The notes beneath the pieces are model-generated. The model ran no database searches and was not told where the DNA came from. It saw nothing but the letters and a program-made list of their open reading frames with translations. Positions 20,084 through 29,290 of a stretch of 64,000 nt of DNA are shown here, one piece after another (position 1 is the stretch's first letter; each line of letters opens with the position of its first letter). Location of the stretch: contig CAWJSC010000002.1 of the NCBI GenBank assembly GCA_963845425.1, forward strand, positions 129,716 through 193,715. The letters run 5' to 3'. Made by a program: the position numbers and the translations under genes. This DNA is from an uncultured Microthrixaceae bacterium (lineage in GTDB: Bacteria > Actinomycetota > Acidimicrobiia > Acidimicrobiales > DATDAH01).

Positions 20084-22195
20084 TCAGGGGACCAGATCTC
20101 GGGTGCACGGGCCGCCGCAGTCGTCGGGGATGACCGCGGCCGGTAGGGGGGAGCCCGCCGTGGCCCCGAAGGGCTCGGGGGCCGTCGGGGGCGGCGGGAC
20201 CGCCGGCGCCTCGACCTCGGGCAGGGGCACCGCCGAGCCGGGAGTGAGGCCGGGCAGGGGCCCGGGCTCGACAAAGTCGATCACCGCCAGGGGCGCCATC
20301 GCCGCGCTCATGAAGCGGCCCCAGGTCTCAGCGGGGAACGAGCCACCGCTCACGCTGCCCACACCCTTGATGCCGACGAGGGGGCGGGGCACGTCGCGGT
20401 AACCCATCCACACCGCGGTGGAGAGTTGCGGGGTGTACCCGGCGAACCAGGCGGCCCGGTACTCCTGGGTCGTGCCTGTCTTGCCCGCCGCGGGCCGGCC
20501 GATGTCGGCGGCCTCGCCGGTGCCCTCGGTGATGACACCCTGCAGGATGTCCGACACGGTGTCGGCGACCGCCGGGTCCACCACCTGCTCGCCCTCGGGG
20601 GTGGTGTGGTCCTCCAGCACGTTGCCCTGACGGTCCAGCACCCGCCGGATCGGCGTGACCTGCTGGCGCACCCCGCGGTTGGCCAGCGTGGCGTACCCCG
20701 CGGCCATGTCGAGGGGGGAGACCTCGTAGGCGCCGAGCGCCAGCGAGAGCCCGTAGGGCCGCGTCGGGTCGATGGCCGACACACCGAGGCGCTGGGCCAT
20801 CTCGGCCACCGTCTGGGGTCCCAACCGGTCGATGAGCTGCGCGTAGACCGTGTTGATCGAGTTGTGGGTGGCCGACCGCAGCGTCATCGAGCCGTGGTCC
20901 TCGAAGTCGTAGTTGTTGACCGTGCAGGTGGGGTCGCAGCCCGGGACCTCGATCGAAGCGGGGGCGGCGAAGGTGGTCTCGGGCGCGATCCCGGCCTCGA
21001 GGGCGGCCGCCAACACGAAGGTCTTGAACGACGAGCCCGGCTGCATGCCGACCGAGCCCCCGAGCCCCAGGTTCACCTGGCTGGCCGCGAAGTCCCGGCC
21101 CCCGACGAAGGCCCGGACGTGGCCGGTAGAGGGCTCGACCGACACCAGCGACATCTCCAGCGGGGCGCTGGTGCCGGCCAGCGTCTCGGCCACCGAGGCC
21201 TCGGCCTCGGCCTGCAGGGCCGGATCCAGGGTGGTCTCGATGCGCAGGCCACCGCGGTAGAGCTGCCGGTGGCCGTAGCGCTCCTCGAGGACCCGGCGCA
21301 CGTAGTCCACGAAGTACGGGTAGGCCGTCGCCCCGTTGCGGGGCGGGGCCTGGATGACCGTGGCCGGCCCCGGCGGGGTCCCGAACGGGGCGTACCAGAG
21401 GTCCTGGCGGCGGGTCCGCAGGAACTGGCGACGGCTGATCAGGTCCTGCTCCCGCATCGAGCGCAGCACGAGGAGGCGACGGTTGTTCGCCGTCTCGGCG
21501 TTGACCCGGGGCCCGTAGCGACCGGGCGAGGCGATCGCCCCGGCCAGCAGGGCGGCCTCGGAAAGGGTCAGGTCGGACACCGGCTTGCCGAAGTACGACT
21601 CGGCCGCGGCACCGATCCCGTAGGCCCCGTCGCCGAAGTAGACCGTGTTGAGGTAGCGGAAGAGGATCTCGTCCTTGGACAGCTCCCGCTCCAGGCGGGT
21701 GGCGATCAGGGCCTCCCGCAGCTTGCGGGCCACGTCCCGCTCGCCGGTCGTGTAGGTGTTCTTGACGTACTGCTGGGTGATGGTCGACCCGCCCTGGACG
21801 ACCTCGCCCTGCTCGAAGTTGGCGATCGCCGCCCGCACCAGGCCCTCGGGGTCGACGCCCTGGTGCTCCCAGTAGCGCCGGTCCTCGATGGCCACCACTG
21901 CGTCCTTCACTACCTGGGGGATGTCCCGGTAGCGGATGGGCACGGTCAACTCGAAGGCCCGGAACTCGGCGATCTCGTTCCCCGCGGCGTCCACCACGAC
22001 GCTCGGGTAGGAGCGGATCCGGGGGTTGGTGTCCTCGGGCAGGTTGCCGGGGAGATCAAGGTTGAGCAGCGCCCAGAACCCGGCGGCGCCTCCCGCGGGC
22101 ACGGCGACGGCCAGGAAGAAGACGGTGAGGACCGCGACCTTCACGGTCATCCGGGGGACCGCCCACCAGCGGCGACGTCGCTTGGCGGGCTTCAT
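20084..22195 (-). CDS. class A penicillin-binding protein (GT51 transglycosylase + transpeptidase)
   Basis: EDRRYWEHQG, GGSTITQQ and RKLREA (GT51); SSFK, SIN and KTGT (transpeptidase). N-terminal TM anchor. Confidence 0.9.
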   Translation of the reverse strand: MKPAKRRRRWWAVPRMTVKVAVLTVFFLAVAVPAGGAAGFWALLNLDLPGNLPEDTNPRIRSYPSVVVDAAGNEIAEFRAFELTVPIRYRDIPQVVKDAVVAIEDRRYWEHQGVDPEGLVRAAIANFEQGEVVQGGSTITQQYVKNTYTTGERDVARKLREALIATRLERELSKDEILFRYLNTVYFGDGAYGIGAAAESYFGKPVSDLTLSEAALLAGAIASPGRYGPRVNAETANNRRLLVLRSMREQDLISRRQFLRTRRQDLWYAPFGTPPGPATVIQAPPRNGATAYPYFVDYVRRVLEERYGHRQLYRGGLRIETTLDPALQAEAEASVAETLAGTSAPLEMSLVSVEPSTGHVRAFVGGRDFAASQVNLGLGGSVGMQPGSSFKTFVLAAALEAGIAPETTFAAPASIEVPGCDPTCTVNNYDFEDHGSMTLRSATHNSINTVYAQLIDRLGPQTVAEMAQRLGVSAIDPTRPYGLSLALGAYEVSPLDMAAGYATLANRGVRQQVTPIRRVLDRQGNVLEDHTTPEGEQVVDPAVADTVSDILQGVITEGTGEAADIGRPAAGKTGTTQEYRAAWFAGYTPQLSTAVWMGYRDVPRPLVGIKGVGSVSGGSFPAETWGRFMSAAMAPLAVIDFVEPGPLPGLTPGSAVPLPEVEAPAVPPPPTAPEPFGATAGSPLPAAVIPDDCGGPCTRDLVP

Positions 22196-23292
22196 GTCGT
22201 CCGCTCGTAGGTGCAGGCCGGTGAGTCACCGAGCGCCTCGAGGTGCCGGGCGATCTCGGGGATGGTGATGACCCCGGTGCCGGTGACGGTCCGGCGGGCG
22301 GGGGCCCAGTCCCTGCCGGTCCAGGCCTCGTAGGTCAGGGCGCAGGTGCCGGGGTCGTCGATGACGGTGTAGGTCCCGGCGGGGATCGGCCCGCCGTAGG
22401 GCGGGGTGAAGGAGGCCCCGATCGGGAAGTCCGGCTCGGGCGGCTCGGGCGGAGGGTCGACGACGACGGGGAGCTTGCAGGTGGCCGAGACCGTCGTCTC
22501 GGTGCCCAGGGCCTCGACGCGGGCCGACACGGAGCCGGCCGCCTCGCAGGTGAAGGTCCACCGCACTCGGCCGGCGTCGTCGATGACCGCCGGGCGCGGA
22601 CCGTTCAGCCGCCACGGCCCGAACACGGTGACGGTGGCGTCGCGTCCGGCGGCGGGCCTGGTGGTGATGATCCCCTGACCGTCGACCTGCTGGCGGGTGA
22701 CCAGCGCGGTGATGGTGGCGGTGGCGCCGACCTCGGGGTCGGCGTCGTCGACGTCGCCGGTGACGTCGGCCCCGTCGTAGCGGTCGACGCCAAGGCTCAG
22801 GTCGACCTCGGCGTCCGCCGCGATGAAACGGAGCTCGGAGGCGGCCATGGCCAGGTCGGGCGTTCGCCAGGCGCGGAAGCGGTAGCGGCCACCGTGGACA
22901 TCGACCGCGATCCAACCGCCGTCGGCGTCGGTGCGGACCTCGAGCGAACCCGACGACTGGCCGACGAAGCGCTCGAGGAGCACGGTGGCGCCGGCCACGG
23001 GCCCGCCGGGACCCTGCACCGAGCCGGTCAGGGTGAGGTCACCGCCGTTGACGGCGACGGGGCCGCCGCCTCGGGTTCCGCCGACGCGGGGCAGGGAGAC
23101 GTTGCGGGTGTCCGGGAGGGGCTCGGGGGCGACGATCGGCCGCTGGTGCGGCGTCGAGGAGGACGGGGCCACCGCCTCGGGCGAGGACGAGCAGCCGGTC
23201 AGGAGCGCGCCGAGGAGGGCGACGCAGGCGGCAACCGACGCGACGCGGGCGACGCGTCGGGTCGAAGCCCCAGATTTCGGCGGCTGGGCCAT
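22192..23292 (-). CDS. hypothetical lipoprotein with a CarboxypepD_reg-like beta-sandwich segment
   Basis: Lipobox LLTGC. GATVLLERF...TDADGGW...GRYRFRAW. Its stop overlaps the PBP start (ATGA). Confidence 0.6.
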   Translation of the reverse strand: MAQPPKSGASTRRVARVASVAACVALLGALLTGCSSSPEAVAPSSSTPHQRPIVAPEPLPDTRNVSLPRVGGTRGGGPVAVNGGDLTLTGSVQGPGGPVAGATVLLERFVGQSSGSLEVRTDADGGWIAVDVHGGRYRFRAWRTPDLAMAASELRFIAADAEVDLSLGVDRYDGADVTGDVDDADPEVGATATITALVTRQQVDGQGIITTRPAAGRDATVTVFGPWRLNGPRPAVIDDAGRVRWTFTCEAAGSVSARVEALGTETTVSATCKLPVVVDPPPEPPEPDFPIGASFTPPYGGPIPAGTYTVIDDPGTCALTYEAWTGRDWAPARRTVTGTGVITIPEIARHLEALGDSPACTYERTT

Positions 23293-23369
23293 CGCCCACC
23301 AATCGGCAGGCAGACCCGGCTCTAGAGGCTGTGAGGTGGGTCAGGCCCGGCCGCGGGGAGGGCCGAGGC

Positions 23370-23597
23370 ATGACCACGACCCCCGATCCCGGCCCCGACA
23401 GCCCTCCGAACCCCACCCCAGTGATCCCCGACCCGAACCCCAACCCCGAACCCGCGCCGGTCATCCCCGATCCGAACCCCAACGAGGAGCCGGCGCCCCG
23501 ATCCCGGAGCCCGACCCGACCTGATCCCTTCTGGCGCCTCATCGAGGCGTCACGGCGCCTCAATCGGGCGCCAGAACGAGAGGCCTCCCGTGTCTAG
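23370..23597 (+). CDS. possible small Pro-rich protein (75 aa) with an internal 39-bp repeat
   Basis: GGGAGG lies upstream of ATG 23370. Third-position GC is high. PVIPDPNPNPEPA / PVIPDPNPNEEPA repeat. No homology recognised. The 3' end runs through a palindromic element and overlaps the convergent gene. Confidence 0.25.
   Translation: MTTTPDPGPDSPPNPTPVIPDPNPNPEPAPVIPDPNPNEEPAPRSRSPTRPDPFWRLIEASRRLNRAPEREASRV
23526..23580. repeat. palindromic element (PE-a): arms CTTCTGGCGCC / GGCGCCAGAACG
   Basis: Arms at 23528-23538 and 23567-23578. Inner arms ATCGAGGCG / CGCCTCAAT have one mismatch. Confidence 0.6.
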
Positions 23598-24824
23598 ACC
23601 GGGCTGGGCCCGCCCGCCGCCGGCGGCGCCGCCGGGGACGTAGACGCCGATGCCGTCGGGAAAGGCGAGGCCCTCGGCCAGGGTCTCCGGGGGCTGGGGC
23701 TCGCCGTCGACGAACCGGATCCGGCGGACCTTGCCCGTGCCGTCACCCGGGCCGAAGCCGTCCTCGGGGTCGTTCACGATCCCGATGTCGGCGTAGTAGA
23801 TGGTGCCGTCGGGCGTCACGCCGATGCCCAGCGGGGTGCCGGTCGACAGCGAGGTGTCGGCGCCGATGGCCTCACCCGCGGGCGGGGCCAGGATCGTGCG
23901 CACGAACCCCCAGTCGGCGTCGTACTCGTTGATGACCCCGGTGATCACGCTCGACAGGTAGTAGCCGCCGTCCGGCGACGGGGCGATGCCCGCGGGCGAC
24001 AGGACGTCGTGCTCTCCGGGCGCCAGGACCTGCTCCCGGGTCACCGAATCGGCCAACGGGGCGCCGGTGGCATCGGAGTCGCCGCACCCGCCGGCCGCGT
24101 CGGCGGAGGTGGGCAGGTCGGTGTAGCGCCACACCCCGACGTGGGCGGCCGGGCCGACACGAGGTAGACCTCGTCGTCGGGACCGACCAGCAGGCTCTGG
24201 GCCGTGGCGATGTCGACGTCGACCTTGCAGTAGGTCTGGTCGGTGCCCTCGGGGTCGCCGAACCACACGATGAACTGGCCGTTGCCGGGATCCCCGGGCG
24301 CCTGGCCCCCGAGGTCGGTGGTGACCATGCGGCCGTCGGAGAGGACACCGCAGCCGTAGTTCTCGGGCTGGGCGCCCGCCTGGTAGGTCGGGGTCAGCTT
24401 GCCGATCTGCTCCGCCTCCAGGTCCCCGATGCCCGTGCCGCTGAGCTGGAAGATGCCCCAGCCCGCGGGCGGGTCCGGCTGGCCCGTGTCCTCGCCCGCG
24501 ATGAACCGCCCCGAGCCGTCGGGGAAGAAGCAGATCTGGGCGTTGATGTCGAGGCCCTCGGGGTCCTCGGCCGCGGTGGTGATGACCCGCTGGACCTCGC
24601 TCGGGTCCCCGGTGCCGTAGGCGTCGAGGTTGTTGCCCTCGGCGCCGAACACCAGCACCTCGTCGGGCACGGCCGTGACGTCGGCCGAGGGTGGTCGTGG
24701 TCGACGCGCCGGGCGCCTCCGTGCCCTCGGTCCCGTCGGTCGCCTCGGTGGCCCCGTCGTCGCTGCAGGCCCCGGCCAGCAGGACCAGCACCAGCAACCG
24801 CGCCACCCCTCGTCGCATCCCCAC
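23550..24824 (-). pseudogene. beta-propeller (NHL/SGL-like) lipoprotein gene with two compensating frame shifts
   Basis: Frame A gives MGMRRGVARLLVLVLLAGACSDDG...TTTT. Sense continues in frame B (PSADVTAVPDEVLVFGAEGNNLDAYG...DEVYLVSA) from about 24690 to about 24150, then returns to frame A (GPAAHVGVWRYTDLP...TPDGTIYYADIG...). Confidence 0.6.
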
Positions 24825-24848
24825 GGCCTGACCCCCTCCGTGCGGACC

Positions 24849-26776
24849 CTACGGTTCCACGGCCCGCAGTGGCGGGTCGAAGCTCAGCGTGCGCACCAAC
24901 CGGTCGGCGCCGTCCGACAGCGTCGGCTCGGTCGTCTCGTCGACGATCGCCAGCACGCTCAGGCGGTTGTAGGACGCCGCGTACCGAGGGATCGACGTGC
25001 CCGTGCAGCCGTCCTCGCCCTCGGCCCAGCTGCACACCAGCCCACCGCCCCCGAAGGGGTCGTCGTCGCGCGCGGAGAGGAAGACGCCGAAGCGGGTGGC
25101 GCCCGCCCGGGCGGCGGCCGAGCCCTGCCGGACCCAGTCCTCCGGCGCGCCGAGGTCGGTTGCCGTGACCTCGATGGCCAACGGGTCCGCGGTGAGCTGC
25201 ACGAAGAGCTCGGGCCGGGTCCCGGGGGGCGGCTCGTTGATCTCGAAGTCCACGGGGCAGGGGGCGTCGGCGCACGGCAGTCCCACGGGCTCGAGGGCGG
25301 TGACCGCGGTCCCGTCCGCCGCGGTGGTCGACGGGGTGGTCTCGGTCGGCACGGCGTCCGCGCCCAGCGAGAAGCGGTAGACACCGCTCGTCTCGGAGCG
25401 CTCGTCGAGGCCCGGTTCCCGGATGCCCGCCACGGCGAAGAGGTCGTCGCCGCTGACGACGGCACCGCCGGACACCGCCCCCTGCATCTCCTCGGACCAG
25501 AGGATCTCGCCGGTGGCGAGGTCGAGGGCCCGCAGGGTGAAGTCGTTGCCCCCGAGGAACAGGACGCCGTTGGCCACGGCCGCCGAGGCGTAGGTGGCTG
25601 CCGGCTCCTCGTTCTGCCAGAGGAGCTCGCCGGTGACGGCGTCGATGCCGTGGGCGCAGGGGCACGGGCCCACTCCGGTCCCGCCCGCCACCACCCCGTC
25701 GCTGACCGCGGTGCCGCCGATGAAGCCCCCGGTGGAGAAGTTCGACCCTTCCTGTTCGAGGCCCGGCGCGGTGGCCTCGGCCTGCCAGACCGGGTCGCCG
25801 GTGGCCCGGTCGACCACGTAGTAGGTGCCGTCCTTGTTGCCGAGGCCGACCACGTCGCGGTCACCGATGCGGAACAGGTTGGGGGCCCCGGCGAAGTCGA
25901 GGTCGTCGTTGTTGGGCTCGTGGGGCTGGTAGGTCCACACCAGTGCGCCTTCGAGGTCGACGGCGAACATCGCCTCGGTGGTGGTGCCCCACCCCCGGGG
26001 CGAGGTCGGGCAGTTGCCGGTGCCGGCGAACACGAGGCCCCGGGCCTCGTCCACCGACGGCGAGGACCACACGTCGACACAGCCCGTCGGCGCCCCGCCG
26101 TGGCCCCCCTCCCGGTCGAGGTCGACGTCCCACACGAGGGCGCCGGTGGCCACGTCGACCGCCCGCAGGCCCGCCCGGTACCCGGGCGTGTTGTGGACGT
26201 CGTAGCCCACGATGGCCAGCCCGCCGGTCACGACGGGCGAGGACTCGATCTCGGTGGGCTCGTCGGCGTCACCGGCCTCGCCCAGCTCGTGGTGCCAGCG
26301 TTCGGTGCCGTCGGCCGCCGCGAGGGCGTACAGCGTCTTGCCCGCCCCGATGACCACGAGGCGCTCACCGTCGACGTCGACCACCGCAGGACTGGACACG
26401 ATCTGGCCCGCGTACACGTTGCGGTGCTCGGCGGTCTGGAAGCGCCACCGCTCCTCGCCGCTCTCCCGCTCGAGGGCGTAGACCACACCCGCCCAGTCGC
26501 CGGTGTAGACGGTGTCGCCCACGACCGCCGGGGTGGCGGTGACCACGTCGTCGGTGGCGTGGAACCAGACCCGCTCGAGATCGCCCACGGTGTCCGGGGA
26601 CAGGGCGGTCGCACAGGTCGTGGCGAAGGTCCGCTCCACGCCGTAACCCCACATGGGCCAGTCACAGGCGTCGATGGGTGCCCCGGCGGCCCCGGCGGCG
26701 GTCGGATCCCGTCATCGCCGGCGCAGGCCGACGCCACGAGGGCGACGACGAGCAGACCCCCCACGATCCCCCGCAT
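24849..26776 (-). pseudogene. PQQ-like/BamB-like beta-propeller lipoprotein gene with one frame shift after the signal peptide
   Basis: The signal MRGIVGGLLVVALVASACAGDDG (from 26776) is in a different frame from the body ...PTAAGAAGAPIDACDWPMWGYGVERTF... (ORF 24849..26654). The switch is at about 26700-26715. The body frame has a TGA just upstream. Confidence 0.6.
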
Positions 26777-26859
26777 GGGCGCGGAGCGTAGAGGCTCCCT
26801 GCGGGGCCGGCCGCGTACGGATCCGGACCGGCCACCGACACCGGGAGTACCGTCCCCCC

Positions 26860-27639
26860 ATGGCTGTCGTCGCCGTCGCGAACCAGAAGGGTGGGGTGGG
26901 CAAGACCACCGTCACCCTCGGCATCGCCGACGCCGCCGCCCGCCGGGGCCTGGCCGTCCTCGTCGTGGACCTCGACCCCCAGGCCAACGCCACCAGCGGG
27001 CTCGGGGTCGCCGACCCCGGACGCACCGTGGACGACGCCCTGGCCGGCGACCGCACCGGGGCCATGGCCGACGTCGTCACCGCCTCGGGCTGGCCCAACG
27101 GGGCCGGGCCGTCGCCCGCGGTGGCCCCCAGCTCGCCGGCGCTGGCCGCCCGGGAACCCCAGTTGGCCACCGACCCGATCGGTGCCCAGGACCGCCTCCG
27201 TCATGCTCTGGAGGGCGTGACCACGGGCTACGACCTCGTGCTGGTCGACTGCCCACCCAGCCTCGGCCTGCTCACGGTCAACGGCCTGGTGGCCGCCGAC
27301 CGGGTACTGGTCGTGACCGAGCCGGCGGCGTGGGCCTCCGACGGCGTCGAGCAGATGCTGCGGACCGTCGCCCGCGTCCGGGACCTGCGCCGCCCCGACC
27401 TCCAGGTCGCCGCCGTGGTCATCAACCGCCTCGGGCGCACCCGCGACGCCACGTACTGGCAGAGCCAGCTGGAGGAGCAGTTCGGGCCCCTGGCCGCGGG
27501 CCCGGTCCGCCTCCGGGCCGCCGTGGCCGAGGCCGCCGCCCAGTCGCTGCCCCTGGCCGAGTTGGGCACGCGGGCCGGCGCGCCCGAGGCCCGCGACGAG
27601 TTCGACGGCGTCCTCGCGCGCGTGCTGGGAGGTCCCTGA
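26860..27639 (+). CDS. ParA/Soj-family ATPase
   Basis: Start trimmed to ATG 26860. Deviant Walker A: MAVVAVANQKGGVGKTT. VLVVDLDPQANAT. LVLVDCPPSLG. Confidence 0.85.
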   Translation: MAVVAVANQKGGVGKTTVTLGIADAAARRGLAVLVVDLDPQANATSGLGVADPGRTVDDALAGDRTGAMADVVTASGWPNGAGPSPAVAPSSPALAAREPQLATDPIGAQDRLRHALEGVTTGYDLVLVDCPPSLGLLTVNGLVAADRVLVVTEPAAWASDGVEQMLRTVARVRDLRRPDLQVAAVVINRLGRTRDATYWQSQLEEQFGPLAAGPVRLRAAVAEAAAQSLPLAELGTRAGAPEARDEFDGVLARVLGGP

Positions 27640-27971
27640 TGGCCGGCTACGACCCCAAGGCGAAGCGGGCGCACTCCCGAGCCGCCCCCGACGGCCCCGC
27701 CCCGGTCGACGACCTGCTCGGGGCCCCGGCGACCGCCCCACGCGGGACCGCCGACCCGACGCCCGCGACGACGGACGCCACCCTCGAGCTCCTCCCCACC
27801 CCGCCGGCCGGGCCGGCGGCCTCCGTGGCCACACCCCGCCCGGAGACACGGCCGTTGGCGCCCACCCCGGCGGCCGCCGCCGGGCCGGACCGCAAGGTGC
27901 TGGCGGCCCTCGCGGCCGCCGTGCTCGCGGCGCTCCTGTTCTGGCGGCATCGCCGTCGCGGATCGGGCTGA
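27639..27971 (+). CDS. small Pro/Ala-rich protein with C-terminal TM anchor, coupled to parA-like gene
   Basis: Its ATG overlaps the ParA stop (TGATG). 110 aa. C-terminal VLAALAAAVLAALLFW followed by RHRRRGSG. Confidence 0.5.
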   Translation: MAGYDPKAKRAHSRAAPDGPAPVDDLLGAPATAPRGTADPTPATTDATLELLPTPPAGPAASVATPRPETRPLAPTPAAAAGPDRKVLAALAAAVLAALLFWRHRRRGSG

Positions 27972-28002
27972 TCTCTCTTAGAGATTATGTGACTCAAGTC
28001 AC
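27971..28002 (+). promoter_or_regulatory. AT-rich palindromes upstream of the subtilase locus
   Basis: ATCTCT-ctt-AGAGAT (27971-27985) and the 14-bp palindrome GTGACTCAAGTCAC (27989-28002). The surrounding 90 bp or so is far below the window GC. Confidence 0.3.
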
Positions 28003-28061
28003 GGGCACAAAACGTGCAGGTTCTGCAAGTAGCAGCCGATACTGCTCATGTGGACGAACTC

Positions 28062-28181
28062 ATGAAGATCGCGGACACCCGGCAGGCCCTTCGTTGGCTC
28101 GCCCGGGAACTGGCCTGGGAGCGGGTGCTCACGGGCCTCCGCGACGACGACACCTCGACGCCGGACCGCGCCGCGGCCTGA
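28062..28181 (+). CDS. possible small ORF (39 aa; up to 55 aa from GTG 28014) preceding the subtilase
   Basis: MKIADTRQALRWLARELAWERVLTGLRDDDTSTPDRAAA. Third-position GC is about 90% in this frame versus about 58% in the frame of ORF 27989..29290. Its TGA overlaps a CTG that opens the subtilase signal peptide (CTGA). Confidence 0.35.
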   Translation: MKIADTRQALRWLARELAWERVLTGLRDDDTSTPDRAAA

Positions 28182-29290
28182 GCCGCCTCCGTCGGCTCCT
28201 GCCGGCCGCGACGGCCCTCCTCCTCGTCGCCCGACCCGCCGCGGCCCAGGCCCCGGCCACCGACGACCCCCTGCTGGCCCAACAGTCGGCCCTCAGCGCA
28301 CTGACCCTCCCGGAGGCCTGGGCCACCTCCACCGCTGAGGGCGTCCGGCTCGCCGTCCTCGATTCCGGCGTCCAGGCGGACCATCCCGACCTCGCCGCGC
28401 ACCTGCTGGACGGTGGGGCCACCGACGACCTCCGGGGCACGGGCACCCACGCCGCCGGCGTGGCCGCCGCCGTCACCGACAACGGCGAGGGCATCGCCGG
28501 GGCCGCCCCCGACGCGGAGATCCTGGCGCTGGCCGTCCTCGACGACGACGGCGGGATCGAGGCGACCGTCCTGGCCACGGGCATCGCCGCGGCCACCGAC
28601 GCCGGCAGCAAGGTGATCGCCTTGACCCTCGGCGGGACCGCGGAGAACCTCTCGGTCATCGCCGACGACGCCGTGCGGGAGGCCCTCGAGGCCGCGGTCG
28701 ACGCCGGGGTGGTCGTCGTGGCCGGCAGCGTCGGTGGGAGCACCCTGCCTGATGACCTGCCGATCGTGGCAGTGGGCACCGGCGAGGACGGGCCGATCGA
28801 CCCCGGGATCGTGACCGTGCCCGCCGACGGGGTCCTGGGCCCGGCCCCCCTGGGCCCGTCGGCCACCTGGCCCGACGGCACCGAGGGCTATGAGGCCCTC
28901 GACGGGATCGGTCCGGCCACGGCCCTGGTCGCCGGGACCGCCGCCCTGCTCGCCGCCCAGGGCCTGACCCCCGAGGAGATCGCCGATCTGCTCGTCGGCA
29001 CGGCCCAGAACCCTGACGGCAACCCGGCTCTGGGCGCCGGGACCGTGGACGCCGCCACCGCCGTGGCCCAGGCGGACAGCCGGGGCGCCGGCGGCGGCGC
29101 CGTACCCACCGCCGGCGACAGCGACGACGGCCTGCGACCGGCGGTCGTCGGGGCGATCGCGATCGGCGCGGCCGTCCTCGCCGTGGGTACGACCATCCTG
29201 ATCGCGGGGCGACGACCGCGCCCCACCGCTGACCCCGATACCCCACAGCGGCAGCCATCAGGTCGGGCCACCCACCGTTCGGGCCCTTGA
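28178..29290 (+). CDS. S8 subtilase-like protein lacking the catalytic Ser, with signal peptide and C-terminal TM anchor (mycosin-like architecture)
   Basis: Asp motif AVLDSGV and His motif GTGTHAAG are present. The Ser motif reads DGIGPATALVAG where SGTSMATPHVAG is expected, so Ser is replaced by Gly. The oxyanion Asn region reads AGSVGG. Signal (L/M)SRLRRLLPAATALLLVARPAAAQA. The start is uncertain: CTG 28178, TTG 28094, or a frameshifted fusion. Confidence 0.7.
   Translation: MSRLRRLLPAATALLLVARPAAAQAPATDDPLLAQQSALSALTLPEAWATSTAEGVRLAVLDSGVQADHPDLAAHLLDGGATDDLRGTGTHAAGVAAAVTDNGEGIAGAAPDAEILALAVLDDDGGIEATVLATGIAAATDAGSKVIALTLGGTAENLSVIADDAVREALEAAVDAGVVVVAGSVGGSTLPDDLPIVAVGTGEDGPIDPGIVTVPADGVLGPAPLGPSATWPDGTEGYEALDGIGPATALVAGTAALLAAQGLTPEEIADLLVGTAQNPDGNPALGAGTVDAATAVAQADSRGAGGGAVPTAGDSDDGLRPAVVGAIAIGAAVLAVGTTILIAGRRPRPTADPDTPQRQPSGRATHRSGP

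Noticed and set aside
24630-27971. 1113-aa plus-strand ORF, the longest in the track
   Set aside because: Its composition is dominated by Arg/Gly/Pro/Ala with no recognisable domain for about 2.2 kb. It runs antisense to two well-supported minus-strand propeller genes. Only its last 333 bp (27639-27971) and, in another frame, the ParA region look genuinely coding. It is a typical long shadow ORF of high-GC DNA.
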